From Vulcanimicrobiota bacterium (GTDB lineage Bacteria > Vulcanimicrobiota > Vulcanimicrobiia > Vulcanimicrobiales > Vulcanimicrobiaceae), in contig CAWAXX010000017.1 in NCBI GenBank assembly GCA_963786105.1, forward strand, positions 160,001 through 224,000: a DNA stretch of 64,000 nucleotides, given 5' to 3'. Shown here one piece after another: positions 28,302-37,939 of this stretch. Numbering within the stretch: the stretch's first letter is position 1; every line of letters begins with the position of its first letter. Below the pieces are notes generated by a model that did not search any database, was not told the DNA's origin, and worked only from the letters and a program-made list of their open reading frames with translations. A program made the position numbers and the translations under genes.

Positions 28302-29438
28302 GTGGGGGACCTGCTCAATCTCGTCGTCGATTTGGACGAGCGGTTTGCGCTCTCTCGCGAAGCCGAGCGCGCACTGCGTCATTCGGTCGCGGGGGTGAAT
28401 ATTGTGGCGTCGACGGCCGCCGGCGGAAAGACGTTGGCGTGGATCGATCGGGAGTTCGGCGGAGCGTGGAGTTCGGAGGCGCACGCCGGTATCAACGCGC
28501 TGGCATTTCGCGACGAGGCTCCGGTTGGATTCGCAACGTTCGATGCGAAGGGCTTACGCTTTCGGTGGTTGCGCGGAGTCGCGCGCGAGCGCGACGTAGG
28601 CCTCTTCGGGCCGTTTGGGGTGGCGCCCGCCGAGCGCGGATCCGATTTAGGCTTGATTTTGTTGCAGCTCGCACTAGGCGGTTTGCGGGAGCGAGGTTAC
28701 GCTCGCGCGCTGATTGCGGCGGTCGGCGAGAAACGGCTAGTTCGGTATTACGCAGACGCGGTCGGTGCGCGCGTCGTGGAGCGCTACGAGCGAGCGATAC
28801 TGATTGCGCCGCGTCCGCGCGCGCTGATAATGGCGTCGGGCAGCGGCACCAACTTTCAGGCGGTGATGGATGGCGTTAGCCGCGGCCGGCTTCCGATCCA
28901 GGTTGTCGGTTTGCTTACGAACAACCCGGACGCTTTGGTTGTCGACCGCGCGCGGGCAGCGGCTGTCGAGTCGATTGCGGTGCTGCCGTGGCGGCGAAAA
29001 GAGGAAGCGCGAGAAGCGTACGATGCGCGAGTGCTCGAGGCGGTTTCGGACTTGCGGCCCGACCTCGTGTTGTTGTTGGGCTGGATGCATCTGCTCGATG
29101 AAACGTTCGTGCGTGCGTTCCCGAACCTCGTCAACGTGCATCCGGCGTTTCTGCCGTTGGACCCCGAGGACGACGACGTCACCATGCCGGACGGTTCGAT
29201 CGTTCCGGCGTTTCGCGGACCGCGTGCCGTGCGCGACGCGCTGGCCGCAGGCAGCGGTTGGGTTGGGGCTACCGTGCATTTAGTCACGTCCGTGACCGAT
29301 CGCGGTCCCGTTCTCGCACGCAAGCCGCTGCGCGTGCGCGACGGAGAAGACGAAGCGCAGGTAATGAAGCGGCTGCATCCGGTGGAGCACCAGCTGGTAT
29401 CCACCGGCATCATGCGCTGGTTGTACGAACGGGAATAG
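28302..29438 (+). CDS. purN: GNAT acetyltransferase fused to phosphoribosylglycinamide formyltransferase
   Basis: C-terminal ASGSGTNFQA, LLGWMHLL, NVHPAFLP, GATVHLV and DRGP; N-terminal GPFGVAPAERGSDLG (GNAT motif A-like). Confidence 0.85.
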   Translation: MGDLLNLVVDLDERFALSREAERALRHSVAGVNIVASTAAGGKTLAWIDREFGGAWSSEAHAGINALAFRDEAPVGFATFDAKGLRFRWLRGVARERDVGLFGPFGVAPAERGSDLGLILLQLALGGLRERGYARALIAAVGEKRLVRYYADAVGARVVERYERAILIAPRPRALIMASGSGTNFQAVMDGVSRGRLPIQVVGLLTNNPDALVVDRARAAAVESIAVLPWRRKEEAREAYDARVLEAVSDLRPDLVLLLGWMHLLDETFVRAFPNLVNVHPAFLPLDPEDDDVTMPDGSIVPAFRGPRAVRDALAAGSGWVGATVHLVTSVTDRGPVLARKPLRVRDGEDEAQVMKRLHPVEHQLVSTGIMRWLYERE

Positions 29439-29488
29439 CTTCAACGCTTGCTAGCGCCGGTCCGCTCGGTTAGGCGGGCGTTGTCGAC

Positions 29489-29929
29489 TTATTCTAGGTA
29501 GGCCAGATCGGCAAGGTCTTGCGGTCGCGCCGCGGCCTTTTTGTTGGCGATCAACTCCTGCTTTCCGATATAGCAGACGGGAACGCCGCCATACGTTGAT
29601 GCGACGCGCGTCGCCCAAGCCCGCTCGAAGGTTACGCCGTCGATGGCGGTAATGATGTCAATCTGATTGGGTGGTCGACCCATGATGTAGAAGGTTCCCG
29701 GCGATTCAAGATCGCCCAAACGCAAATCTGCCATCGGCGCGCCAAAAGCGGCTAGAGCGTTCCAGACCTTCCGGGCATTTTCCGGATTCGATCCAACAAA
29801 GAGATCGACGTCTTTGGTCGCGCGCGAACGGCCGTGAAACGCAAGCGCGTAGGCCCCTACGATAAGATACTCAGCGTCCTCGGCGTTCAACGCGCCCAAG
29901 AGATCGATCAAGTCGATATTCGGCTGCAT
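29489..29929 (-). CDS. Minimal nucleotidyltransferase (DUF6036-like)
   Basis: YLIVGAYALAFHG, RATKDVDL and NKKAAARPQDLADL motifs. Confidence 0.8.
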   Translation of the reverse strand: MQPNIDLIDLLGALNAEDAEYLIVGAYALAFHGRSRATKDVDLFVGSNPENARKVWNALAAFGAPMADLRLGDLESPGTFYIMGRPPNQIDIITAIDGVTFERAWATRVASTYGGVPVCYIGKQELIANKKAAARPQDLADLAYLE

Positions 29930-30098
29930 TCTCTCCCCATGGCATACGCAGAACCAACTCCCAGATCATCTCAGCACGTTGTGACGGTGACATGGCGTTC
30001 TCCGCATTCCGCTCGTACGACGCGGCCTCGGCCGGCGAGCGTGCGACGAAAGCCGACCACGTCGTCTGTCGAGCGAACCGTCGCTGAGAAAAATCCAT
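29871..30098 (-). CDS. Small protein upstream of and overlapping the nucleotidyltransferase (putative partner)
   Basis: 75 aa ORF with MSPSQRAEMIWEL...RLDRS; overlaps the NTase start. Confidence 0.6.
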   Translation of the reverse strand: MDFSQRRFARQTTWSAFVARSPAEAASYERNAENAMSPSQRAEMIWELVLRMPWGENAAEYRLDRSLGRVERRGR

Positions 30099-30189
30099 TC
30101 AGCGTACTTCCACGCGGCCTGCCTGCCTTCCGGTAGAGTACCGTGAGACCGAAAGTAAACCGCGGTGGCCGTTGAATGGAGACGGAATT

Positions 30190-30669
30190 ATGGTTGCCAG
30201 CGTACGGATCGCGGAGGACGAGGCGGACTTTCGCCGGTTTCGCGACCTCGTCGAGGAATATGAGGAGAGTTTGCCCGACGACCTCAAGCACGCCTCGTTC
30301 GAGCGCGAAGTCGCCAATTTGCCGACCCAATATGGTCCACCGGGTGCGGCGTTCGTCGCGACGGTCGACGAACGGTCCGCCGGTTGCGTAGCACTAAACG
30401 TGCTCGACGAGTCGACCGCAGTTATCAAGAAGCTCTACGTTGCCCCGGCATACCGCAAACTGGGATTGGGGCGCCGGCTTCTGGCCGATCTGATCGCGTT
30501 CGCGCGCGATCGTCGAGTAGCGCGTCTGGTTCTCGACACCGAACGCGATCGGTTACCGGCCGCCTACAAGCTCTACCTCTCGCTGGGTTTCCGCGAATGC
30601 GCGCCCTACGGCGAAGTCGACTACCGCTGCCCGACGTTCATGCAACTGGATCTTTCGGTATCGCCTTAA
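30190..30669 (+). CDS. GNAT family N-acetyltransferase
   Basis: GCVAL, IKKLYVAPAYRKLGLGRRL and AYKLYLSLGF motifs. Confidence 0.88.
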   Translation: MVASVRIAEDEADFRRFRDLVEEYEESLPDDLKHASFEREVANLPTQYGPPGAAFVATVDERSAGCVALNVLDESTAVIKKLYVAPAYRKLGLGRRLLADLIAFARDRRVARLVLDTERDRLPAAYKLYLSLGFRECAPYGEVDYRCPTFMQLDLSVSP

Positions 30670-30727
30670 GAGGCGCGTAACCTTACCCGCCGGGGAAACG
30701 ATTCGCGAATCGTTGAACTCGGCTGCC

Positions 30728-33700
30728 GTGGTTCGAATCGAGCTGCTCGTTCCCGAGCTGTGGCAGTTGCTTGGCGGCGTCATGCAGCTGCGCGGCGATG
30801 CGTACCTCGCGGCACTCTCGGTCGAAGGCAGCGCGGTCGCGGCGCTCGCGATCGTGCTGGCGGCCGGCTTGAGCGAGGCCGTCGCGCAAAGCATCGTGCT
30901 GTTTGCAAACCGCGTCAAGCCCGCACGATTCCTTTTTAGTTTGCTCGTCGACGCCGTGCTGTTTACGTTTGGCTACGGCTTCGTGGTACTGAGCACGTGG
31001 GCCGTGTGCCATCTCCCGGGTACGCCGCACATCGCGCTCGGCGATCTCGCACTCGTGCTGGCAATGAGCTACGCACCGATGCTGTTTGCATTCCTGGGCG
31101 CGCTGCCGTACCTCGGTTCGCGCTTGCTGAGCGCGTTGCGCGTGTGGCACTTCTTGGCGATGGTTGTGGGCGTCGCCGCGCTCGGACGCGTCGACGTGTT
31201 TGCCGCCGCGACCTACGTGTGGCTGGGCTGGCTCGTGATGGTACTGGCGCAGCGCAGTTTCGGCAAACCGATCGTCTCGCTGGCAACGCGGATCCTCGAT
31301 GCGGTCGCCGGCGTGCCGATCGTCGATGACGCGCAGGCGGCCATTGGTCGCGTAGAAACCGGTGCCGATCGCGGAAAGCGCACGGCGCACGTCGCCACAA
31401 GCCGAAAAGCGTCCAAGCACCCACGATGGTGGATCGGCGTCGTCGGGTTCGGCGGGGTCGCGTTGCTTACGGTCATCGTCGCGCTGGCGCTGCAGCCGGT
31501 CCGGCACGCGGCGCTCGGGTGGCAAGAGCACCTTCCGCAAGTTTTGCAGCTTCCGCTGGATTTAGTTTGGTTAGCGATTGTCGGGATAGTCGTGGCCGCA
31601 TTCATGGCGCCTCTCGAAACCCTTGGGTGGTGGGCTGGGTGGTATGGCGACAAAATCGATACCAGCGAGAAAACACGGCCGTCGAAACCGTCGGCTGCGG
31701 GCAAGAAGGTGGTCCGCTACTTGGTGTACCTCGACGGCATCGCCCAATCGAGTGGCAAGTACACGCCAGACATCGAGACGTTTCTCGACGCGCTTTCGCC
31801 GGAACTGCCCGCGAACGTGCGTCTGATTCGCGGCGTGATGTGCTATTCGGTGCTGAATAAGCCGCTCGAGGACGACCCAATTTTCTCTCGGTTTTGGAAA
31901 GTCGTGGACGCCAGCCGCAGCCGGAACGTAAACTCGTTGCTTGGGATGTTGATTAATCTTCGCAACGTCACCATCGTGGCGGTCTCGGCCGATCCTCGCT
32001 ACGGGCCGATGTATAACTTCGGAATCGCCGACGTGATCTATCGGTCGCTCATCGCCGGCGGATATCAAAAGAAGAGCGGCGTGCCGGTGACGCTCCTTGG
32101 GTATAGCGGCGGCGGACAGATGGCGTGCGGATCGGCGTCGTTTCTCAAGCACGCGCTCGACGCGCCGGTCGACGTGATTTCGCTCGGTGGAGTGATGAGT
32201 GGTGACAACCCGATTCTCCAACTCGAGCATTTGTACCATTTGGTGGGTGAGAAAGATGCCGTCGAGCGCATCGGTCCGATCATGTTCGCATCGCGCTGGC
32301 CGATTGCGCTGTTATCGTTTTGGAACCGTGCCAAGCGCCTCGGCTCGTTGACGTGCGTATCCCTCGGTCCGGTAGGACATCAGGTCCCGGGCGGAATGCT
32401 GGATCCCGGCGCAAAGCTGCCCGATGGGCGCTCGAATCTAAGGCAGACGCTCGACTACGTCGAAAGCATCGTCGCCGATCGTTTCGTCGTGAAAAGCGAT
32501 TTGATCAAACGCCCGAGCAACTATCAGCGCTACGTCGACGCGCCGGCCGTGAAGCTCGATGGAAGCGCGGTACGGGCCGGGTACCTTCCGGTCGCACCGT
32601 GGGCCGGACGCCTAATTCTGCCGGCGCGCGAGGAGCGCTTCGGAGGCGTCTTCTTCGAGGTGAAGCTCGCGCCGGCGGCACACGCCCACTTGGTAGGCGC
32701 CACGGTGCGCCTCTGCTGGAGCGACGATCCCGCCGTTCGCCGGCGCGTGCGCGCCGTCGTGCGCGACGTGAACTTCAGCGCGGAAGCACGGTCCGCGAGC
32801 ATTTACGGCGGCTTGATCATGCCGGTGCGATTGAATCGTTGGCGGCTGGTCGATCCGCTCGAGTCGCTGGCGGGTTCGCATCCGATTGACGACGTCCTCG
32901 TGAAACTCGCCGGCGACGTGAACGTTCGGGAAACGAGCCACGGCACCGCAAGTTTGTTCGTCGAGCGCGAACCGGTGCAGATTACCGGCCTGTACTACGG
33001 GCTGTACACGTTTCGCGGCCCCGCCCCCGATAGCAGCGATGGCTATACGGCCGTGCACTTCGATCGAAACGTTCGTGCGTTTTGCGGCGCCCAGGAAACC
33101 GTGCGCATGCCGCCGATCGTTCCGGACTTGGCCGGCGTGCCGAACTCCGTGACTGCCGGCATCGAGCGCTCGCCACTCAACGCCGACGGCTGGTACGCTT
33201 ATGGGGCGTTTGACGATAACGGCGCGTTCGTCGTTCAAGCGCTGGCTCCGCGCGCACTTCTGCGCGCGGATGGTGCCGCGAAGTCTTTAGGGCCGAGGCT
33301 GGCGGCGTACCGCTACGCGCGGCATGAGGCTTGGCGCGAGTTGATCGCGGCGAAGGGCGGCATCATCGCCGCACGGACGCATGCCTGGAAGAGCGGCGAC
33401 GTCGGCTTGGTCGTTCATACCTACGGCGGTATCGGCGGCGAGAAGCGCGAGAAAGCGGCGTCGGGACCAATCTACTTCGGCCACTTTGCGTACGGCGTCG
33501 CCAAAGTGCTCGACGATCCGCTCGCGGGCGAGCTGCGCTTCGAGATCACTTACCATCAGGTCTACACGCAGAATAGCGACGGATTGATCGCCGGCGCGTT
33601 GGATTGGTCGCGATACATGGGCGACCGGCAGTTCGGGTGGGCCGGCGTGCGCCCGGTTTGTGAAGCGATTCTGCAATTGGATGCGTTCGCCGGCGACTTC

Positions 33701-34234
33701 ACGCTCGATGGCGGTGAGCGCACGAACGCGTTCGATGCGCTGCAGCTCCAGCTCGAAGCGATGACGGCGCGCTACCGGATCGGCGACGGGACCGGCGGGA
33801 CTTTTGTCGGCGCGGCTAATAACTGCTCGCAAGACTCCAACCGTGCACTGTTCGCGACGCTGACGGCGCTGCAACGATACGTCGAAGATCATCCGTCGTT
33901 CGCGCAGTGGGTTGCGCGGTCGCCGGCGGAGTTCGCGCGTTACGGCGCGTTGATCGCGCTCGTAAAAGACCTTCGGAAAAAGCTGCAGCCCTTTGGCGCG
34001 CCACGGCGCGACTGGAGCGACAACGAGTATAATCTCGGGACCACCATCGAAGACGCGCCGATTGCGAACCTCATCACCGCAATGGGAAGCTGGCGCTGCA
34101 TCCTACCGCGCCTGGCGTTCGACACGATCGTGGGCACGTTCTTGCGGCACGGCGCATCGTTGACGATTCTCGGAACCGATCAGATTGGCGGGGAGCGCTC
34201 GGACATCGCGCCGGTTGTGCCGACAGCGTTCTAG
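30728..34234 (+). CDS. Large multidomain membrane protein (TM region, alpha/beta-hydrolase-like domain, conserved C-terminal domain)
   Basis: ~1170 aa ORF with N-terminal TM helices, YLDGI and GYSGGG, then WAGRLILP, GGIGGE, GHFAYG, RYRIGDGTGG and CSQDSN. Confidence 0.75.
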   Translation: MVRIELLVPELWQLLGGVMQLRGDAYLAALSVEGSAVAALAIVLAAGLSEAVAQSIVLFANRVKPARFLFSLLVDAVLFTFGYGFVVLSTWAVCHLPGTPHIALGDLALVLAMSYAPMLFAFLGALPYLGSRLLSALRVWHFLAMVVGVAALGRVDVFAAATYVWLGWLVMVLAQRSFGKPIVSLATRILDAVAGVPIVDDAQAAIGRVETGADRGKRTAHVATSRKASKHPRWWIGVVGFGGVALLTVIVALALQPVRHAALGWQEHLPQVLQLPLDLVWLAIVGIVVAAFMAPLETLGWWAGWYGDKIDTSEKTRPSKPSAAGKKVVRYLVYLDGIAQSSGKYTPDIETFLDALSPELPANVRLIRGVMCYSVLNKPLEDDPIFSRFWKVVDASRSRNVNSLLGMLINLRNVTIVAVSADPRYGPMYNFGIADVIYRSLIAGGYQKKSGVPVTLLGYSGGGQMACGSASFLKHALDAPVDVISLGGVMSGDNPILQLEHLYHLVGEKDAVERIGPIMFASRWPIALLSFWNRAKRLGSLTCVSLGPVGHQVPGGMLDPGAKLPDGRSNLRQTLDYVESIVADRFVVKSDLIKRPSNYQRYVDAPAVKLDGSAVRAGYLPVAPWAGRLILPAREERFGGVFFEVKLAPAAHAHLVGATVRLCWSDDPAVRRRVRAVVRDVNFSAEARSASIYGGLIMPVRLNRWRLVDPLESLAGSHPIDDVLVKLAGDVNVRETSHGTASLFVEREPVQITGLYYGLYTFRGPAPDSSDGYTAVHFDRNVRAFCGAQETVRMPPIVPDLAGVPNSVTAGIERSPLNADGWYAYGAFDDNGAFVVQALAPRALLRADGAAKSLGPRLAAYRYARHEAWRELIAAKGGIIAARTHAWKSGDVGLVVHTYGGIGGEKREKAASGPIYFGHFAYGVAKVLDDPLAGELRFEITYHQVYTQNSDGLIAGALDWSRYMGDRQFGWAGVRPVCEAILQLDAFAGDFTLDGGERTNAFDALQLQLEAMTARYRIGDGTGGTFVGAANNCSQDSNRALFATLTALQRYVEDHPSFAQWVARSPAEFARYGALIALVKDLRKKLQPFGAPRRDWSDNEYNLGTTIEDAPIANLITAMGSWRCILPRLAFDTIVGTFLRHGASLTILGTDQIGGERSDIAPVVPTAF

Positions 34235-34295
34235 GAGCGGTCGTCGAACGCTCCGAGGGGAGGGGCGGAATCGAGCGACCTGGTACGAAGTACGG

Positions 34296-34685
34296 ATGGA
34301 CAAGAATCGTCACGAATTTCACAAAACCGACCTCGAGGAGCGGATCGGCGAGTTTCGAGAAGGCGTGATCGATGCGGATTCTACCGGCATGGTCGCCGAC
34401 GAAGAGCGCGTCGCCGAAGCGGAGATTTTGCGACCGCTTCTGTCCGAGCGGCCGGCGTTGCCGCACGTCGATCTCCACGCGGCGCTCCCCCAAGGTCATC
34501 CCGCGCACGCGACCATCGATAGGCTCCACGCCGAAATCGAGGGTTCCGAGCCCAGCCGCAACTCGATCGAATCGCACGTTACGGATCTGCGCTCGTTGCC
34601 CGAGCTCGAAGCCATCGTCGCGAACTGGTGGGATCACCCCAATACGCAACGCTTCGTCTGGAACCTCAGCCAAATCGGACTGTAG
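34296..34685 (+). CDS. Hypothetical protein
   Basis: 129 aa ORF filling the gap; ends in WNLSQIGL. Confidence 0.6.
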   Translation: MDKNRHEFHKTDLEERIGEFREGVIDADSTGMVADEERVAEAEILRPLLSERPALPHVDLHAALPQGHPAHATIDRLHAEIEGSEPSRNSIESHVTDLRSLPELEAIVANWWDHPNTQRFVWNLSQIGL

Positions 34686-34692
34686 CACCCCC

Positions 34693-35091
34693 CTAGGGCG
34701 CCGGGTTTGGATTGACCCACGCCGTGCCGTCGGCGTAAACGACCTTCGTGACGACGCAGCGGGCAGAGCTGAGCCCCAACGGTGAGGTGTCGGGAGGCAA
34801 CCCAAACACGTGGTTGATTTGCGTACCGCTTTCGAACTTCCCGACTTCCCGGACCGTCGCAATGAGACCGGTGTTGTCGACAATCGAGAAATCCACTTCG
34901 GTGGCCGCCGCCGGAGCGGCATTCTTATAGGCGATTCTCAACGGCGGCTTATCGAGCTGCGCGTGACAGGTCGTGATGGTAATGTTCGATCCGGGCGTCT
35001 GCGCAGGATCGGCCAACGCCGCCATCCCCGGCGCCGCCAGCGCCGCGATCGCGGCTAGGACTCGTCGCGTTCGGGATCTCCGATTCATCAT
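34693..35091 (-). CDS. Secreted hypothetical protein
   Basis: Signal peptide, two Cys, C-terminal YADGTAW. Confidence 0.65.
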   Translation of the reverse strand: MMNRRSRTRRVLAAIAALAAPGMAALADPAQTPGSNITITTCHAQLDKPPLRIAYKNAAPAAATEVDFSIVDNTGLIATVREVGKFESGTQINHVFGLPPDTSPLGLSSARCVVTKVVYADGTAWVNPNPAP

Positions 35092-35107
35092 GAAGGCCTT
35101 GTTCTAT

Positions 35108-36139
35108 TCATGGTCTCCGAGGCGCTCCTTCCGGTAGGAATTCGAATGGAAGGTTCGGATCGGCGGAAAGCGTCAACGGGTCGACGCCCGCGACCTCGCG
35201 CTGATAGTAGGCTGCGGCGGCGATCATGGCGGCGTTGTCGGTACAGTATTCGGGCGGCGGAATGAAGGCGTTGCTCGCGTTGCGATCGCTCCACGAGCGA
35301 AATGCGGCCTGAAGTGCCGAGTTTGCCGCAACGCCGCCGGACAAGACCACGGCACGATAGCGATCGGGTTGGTACGCCGCGCGCACGCGCGCCATCAATA
35401 CGTCCACGACCGCAGCTTGGAACGACGCCGCGACGTCCTCGCGTTTGGCCTCTCGACCCGCAGGCGATTCGAGGAAGTAACGCACGGCCGTCTTTAATCC
35501 CGAGAACGAGAGGTCGAGCGAATCGGTTGGGGGCCGGTGGCGCGGAAATGCATACGCACGCGGATCTCCTCCTCGTGCGAGCCGGTCGAGCTCCGGCCCG
35601 CCGGGATACGGCAAACCGAGCAATCGCGCGGTTTTATCGAACGCCTCACCGGCGGCGTCGTCGCGGGTGCGCCCGATGACGCGCATGTCGGTTGCGGACT
35701 CGACAGCGACGAGTTGCGTATGGCCGCCGGAGACAAGGAGCGCCAAGAACGGATACGGCGGCCGTTCGGGGCGGCCGAGAAACGGCGCGAAGATGTGTCC
35801 GTGAAGGTGATTGACGCCGTAAAGCGGTTTGCCGAGCGCGAACGCCAGGGCTTTCGCCGATGCCACACCGACAACGAGGCTACCGATCAGACCGGGACCG
35901 CGGGTCACCGCGATGCCGTCGACCCGCGAGAAATCCAGTCGCGCACGGCCGAGCGCATCCTCGACGGCGGCCGACAGCAGGGCGACGTGACGGCGGCTGG
36001 CGATCTCGGGAACGATGCCGCCATACTTCGCGTGGAAGGCGTCTTGGTTGGTCGAAACGCTTGCCAGCACGTCGTGCCCGTCGCGGACGAGCGCGGTCGC
36101 CGTGTCGTCGCACGAGGTCTCGATTCCCAGCAAAATCAT
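35108..36139 (-). CDS. tsaD: tRNA N6-threonylcarbamoyladenosine synthesis protein TsaD
   Basis: LGIETSCDDT, GGIVPEIASRRH, HLHGH, VSGGHT, DDAAGEAFDK and CTDNAAMIA motifs. Confidence 0.96.
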   Translation of the reverse strand: MILLGIETSCDDTATALVRDGHDVLASVSTNQDAFHAKYGGIVPEIASRRHVALLSAAVEDALGRARLDFSRVDGIAVTRGPGLIGSLVVGVASAKALAFALGKPLYGVNHLHGHIFAPFLGRPERPPYPFLALLVSGGHTQLVAVESATDMRVIGRTRDDAAGEAFDKTARLLGLPYPGGPELDRLARGGDPRAYAFPRHRPPTDSLDLSFSGLKTAVRYFLESPAGREAKREDVAASFQAAVVDVLMARVRAAYQPDRYRAVVLSGGVAANSALQAAFRSWSDRNASNAFIPPPEYCTDNAAMIAAAAYYQREVAGVDPLTLSADPNLPFEFLPEGAPRRP

Positions 36140-36202
36140 GAAGCAAGCGGTTCGATGCCGGCGCGCCAGGAACCGGGTCGGGCCCGCGAAAAGCGTCGAG
36201 GC

Positions 36203-36847
36203 ATGCACGATGTAAACGAAACGATGCGGCTGCCCTCGCCGGCGCCGCGCCCACAGTCGATTGCATTCGACGGCGAAAAACTGTGGATGGGGTCGATCGA
36301 GACCTGCCGGCTCTACGCGATCGACCCGCATCATTGGACGGTCGGTGAAGAAGATCGCGCTCCCGGAAAACCGTGGGGGATGACCGTGGTCGGCGACGAG
36401 TTGCGGGTAATCTGCGGCGAAGGTGACGACGATTCGCGCATCATCCGCCGCTTTGTTCCCGGCCACGGCTTTAAGGACTCGGATGCGATCGGATGTCCGG
36501 ACGACACGGGATCGCAGTTGAGCTACGACGGCGTGCGGCTCTACGTCAGCCAATGGTACAACAAGAGGATTTTGGGCATCGACGAACGCGGCGGCGTGGT
36601 TCGAACTATCGACGTGCCGCGCGGAATCTGCGGACAGTGCTACTCCGACGGTGCGTTCTACGTGCTCACTACCGACGACGAGGACTCGACGGACTATTTT
36701 CTCGGCCGCGTCAGCGTCAACGGCGGAGAGACTGCATACGAGGATCTCGCCCGCTTGCCGTTTGCCGCGCGTGCGCTGGCGAGCGATGGAAGCCGGTTTT
36801 GGACCAATCACCGGGAGCACAACCAGATCGTCGCGTTTACGGTTTGA
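36203..36847 (+). CDS. Beta-propeller protein (glutaminyl cyclase/YncE-like)
   Basis: Repeated blades IAFDGEKLW, LSYDGVRLY and LASDGSRFW. Confidence 0.6.
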   Translation: MHDVNETMRLPSPAPRPQSIAFDGEKLWMGSIETCRLYAIDPHHWTVGEEDRAPGKPWGMTVVGDELRVICGEGDDDSRIIRRFVPGHGFKDSDAIGCPDDTGSQLSYDGVRLYVSQWYNKRILGIDERGGVVRTIDVPRGICGQCYSDGAFYVLTTDDEDSTDYFLGRVSVNGGETAYEDLARLPFAARALASDGSRFWTNHREHNQIVAFTV

Positions 36848-36894
36848 AGCCTGGGCCATCACAGCGGCGGCAACGCAAGCGCTATACTAGGCTT

Positions 36895-37917
36895 ATGAGT
36901 TTGCGGGAGCTTGCGGTAGGGGTGGCGGCGTTGCTGCTAGGCGCCGGCTCGAGCGACGTCGGCGCAACGCTGGAGGCGACGGCCGCATCCTACTATGCGA
37001 AGGCGCCCCAAATCGCGCACGTCACCGGGCGCGACACGACGATGGATTACTACCAGCGCCTGTTAGACGATATCGACCTCTTAAAAATGCCGGTTCCGAG
37101 TGATTACCCGCCCGAAGTCTGGCAGCGTTCCATCGACGGTATCACGCGTCTCGATCTCAGCCTCGCCGAGCAGCTCACGAACGGTTCGTATCAATCGATA
37201 GCGTCGATTCGCGGACTTGGCGAGACGCTCATCCGGGCTTCAAAAGATGGGACGATGCAGCCGGTTGCGCTGTACGTGCCGACCACCTACGTACCGGGCC
37301 GCGTAGCGCCGTTGATGGTATTTCTCCACGGGCATCCGCAGTCGGAGTCGTCGCTCATCGCTCCGCAGTTCATCGACGATTTGGCCGAGCGAACCGGCAC
37401 CATCATCGTCGCGCCCTACGGCCGCGGCTACTACGATTTCCAGGGCTCGGAGAGCGACGTCTATGACGCGCTCGCCGCCGCCGAACGAGCGTTTACGATC
37501 GATCCTCGCAAGCGCTACCTGGCGGGCTACTCGATGGGAGGATTCTCGGTTTACTTGATTGCGCCGATGCACCCGAGCGCGTGGTCGGCGGTGATGTCGA
37601 TCGCCGGCGCCCTGCTGGGTTCGCGCTCGCACCTCGTCACGGCAATGTTGCCGACGACGCCGTTCTACATCCTCACCGGTTCGCGCGACGACAGCATTCC
37701 CACGCAGTACCCGACGACGACCGCCGTTTTCTTGCGCAACGCCGGCATCCCCGTGACGTTCTACTCGGATCCAAACGCGACGCACCGCCTTTACACGCTG
37801 CGAACGATCCTCGAGCAAGCTTGGACCGACATGGAAGCCGGCACCGTTCGCACGCCCTGGTCGCTGACGGCCAGCGGGCCGCTTCTCGGAGCACCCCCGC
37901 CGTCATTAAAGACGTAA
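36895..37917 (+). CDS. Secreted alpha/beta hydrolase (esterase/peptidase)
   Basis: Signal peptide, VFLHG, GYSMGG nucleophile elbow, GSRDD and a C-terminal His. Confidence 0.8.
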   Translation: MSLRELAVGVAALLLGAGSSDVGATLEATAASYYAKAPQIAHVTGRDTTMDYYQRLLDDIDLLKMPVPSDYPPEVWQRSIDGITRLDLSLAEQLTNGSYQSIASIRGLGETLIRASKDGTMQPVALYVPTTYVPGRVAPLMVFLHGHPQSESSLIAPQFIDDLAERTGTIIVAPYGRGYYDFQGSESDVYDALAAAERAFTIDPRKRYLAGYSMGGFSVYLIAPMHPSAWSAVMSIAGALLGSRSHLVTAMLPTTPFYILTGSRDDSIPTQYPTTTAVFLRNAGIPVTFYSDPNATHRLYTLRTILEQAWTDMEAGTVRTPWSLTASGPLLGAPPPSLKT

Positions 37918-37939
37918 CGATAAGCAGCGCCGGCGGCGC

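Noticed and set aside
36140..36862. Apparent 240 aa N-terminal extension on TsaD (584 aa ORF)
   Set aside because: TsaD begins at MILLGIETSCD (36139); the extension is antisense to the real gene at 36203..36847.
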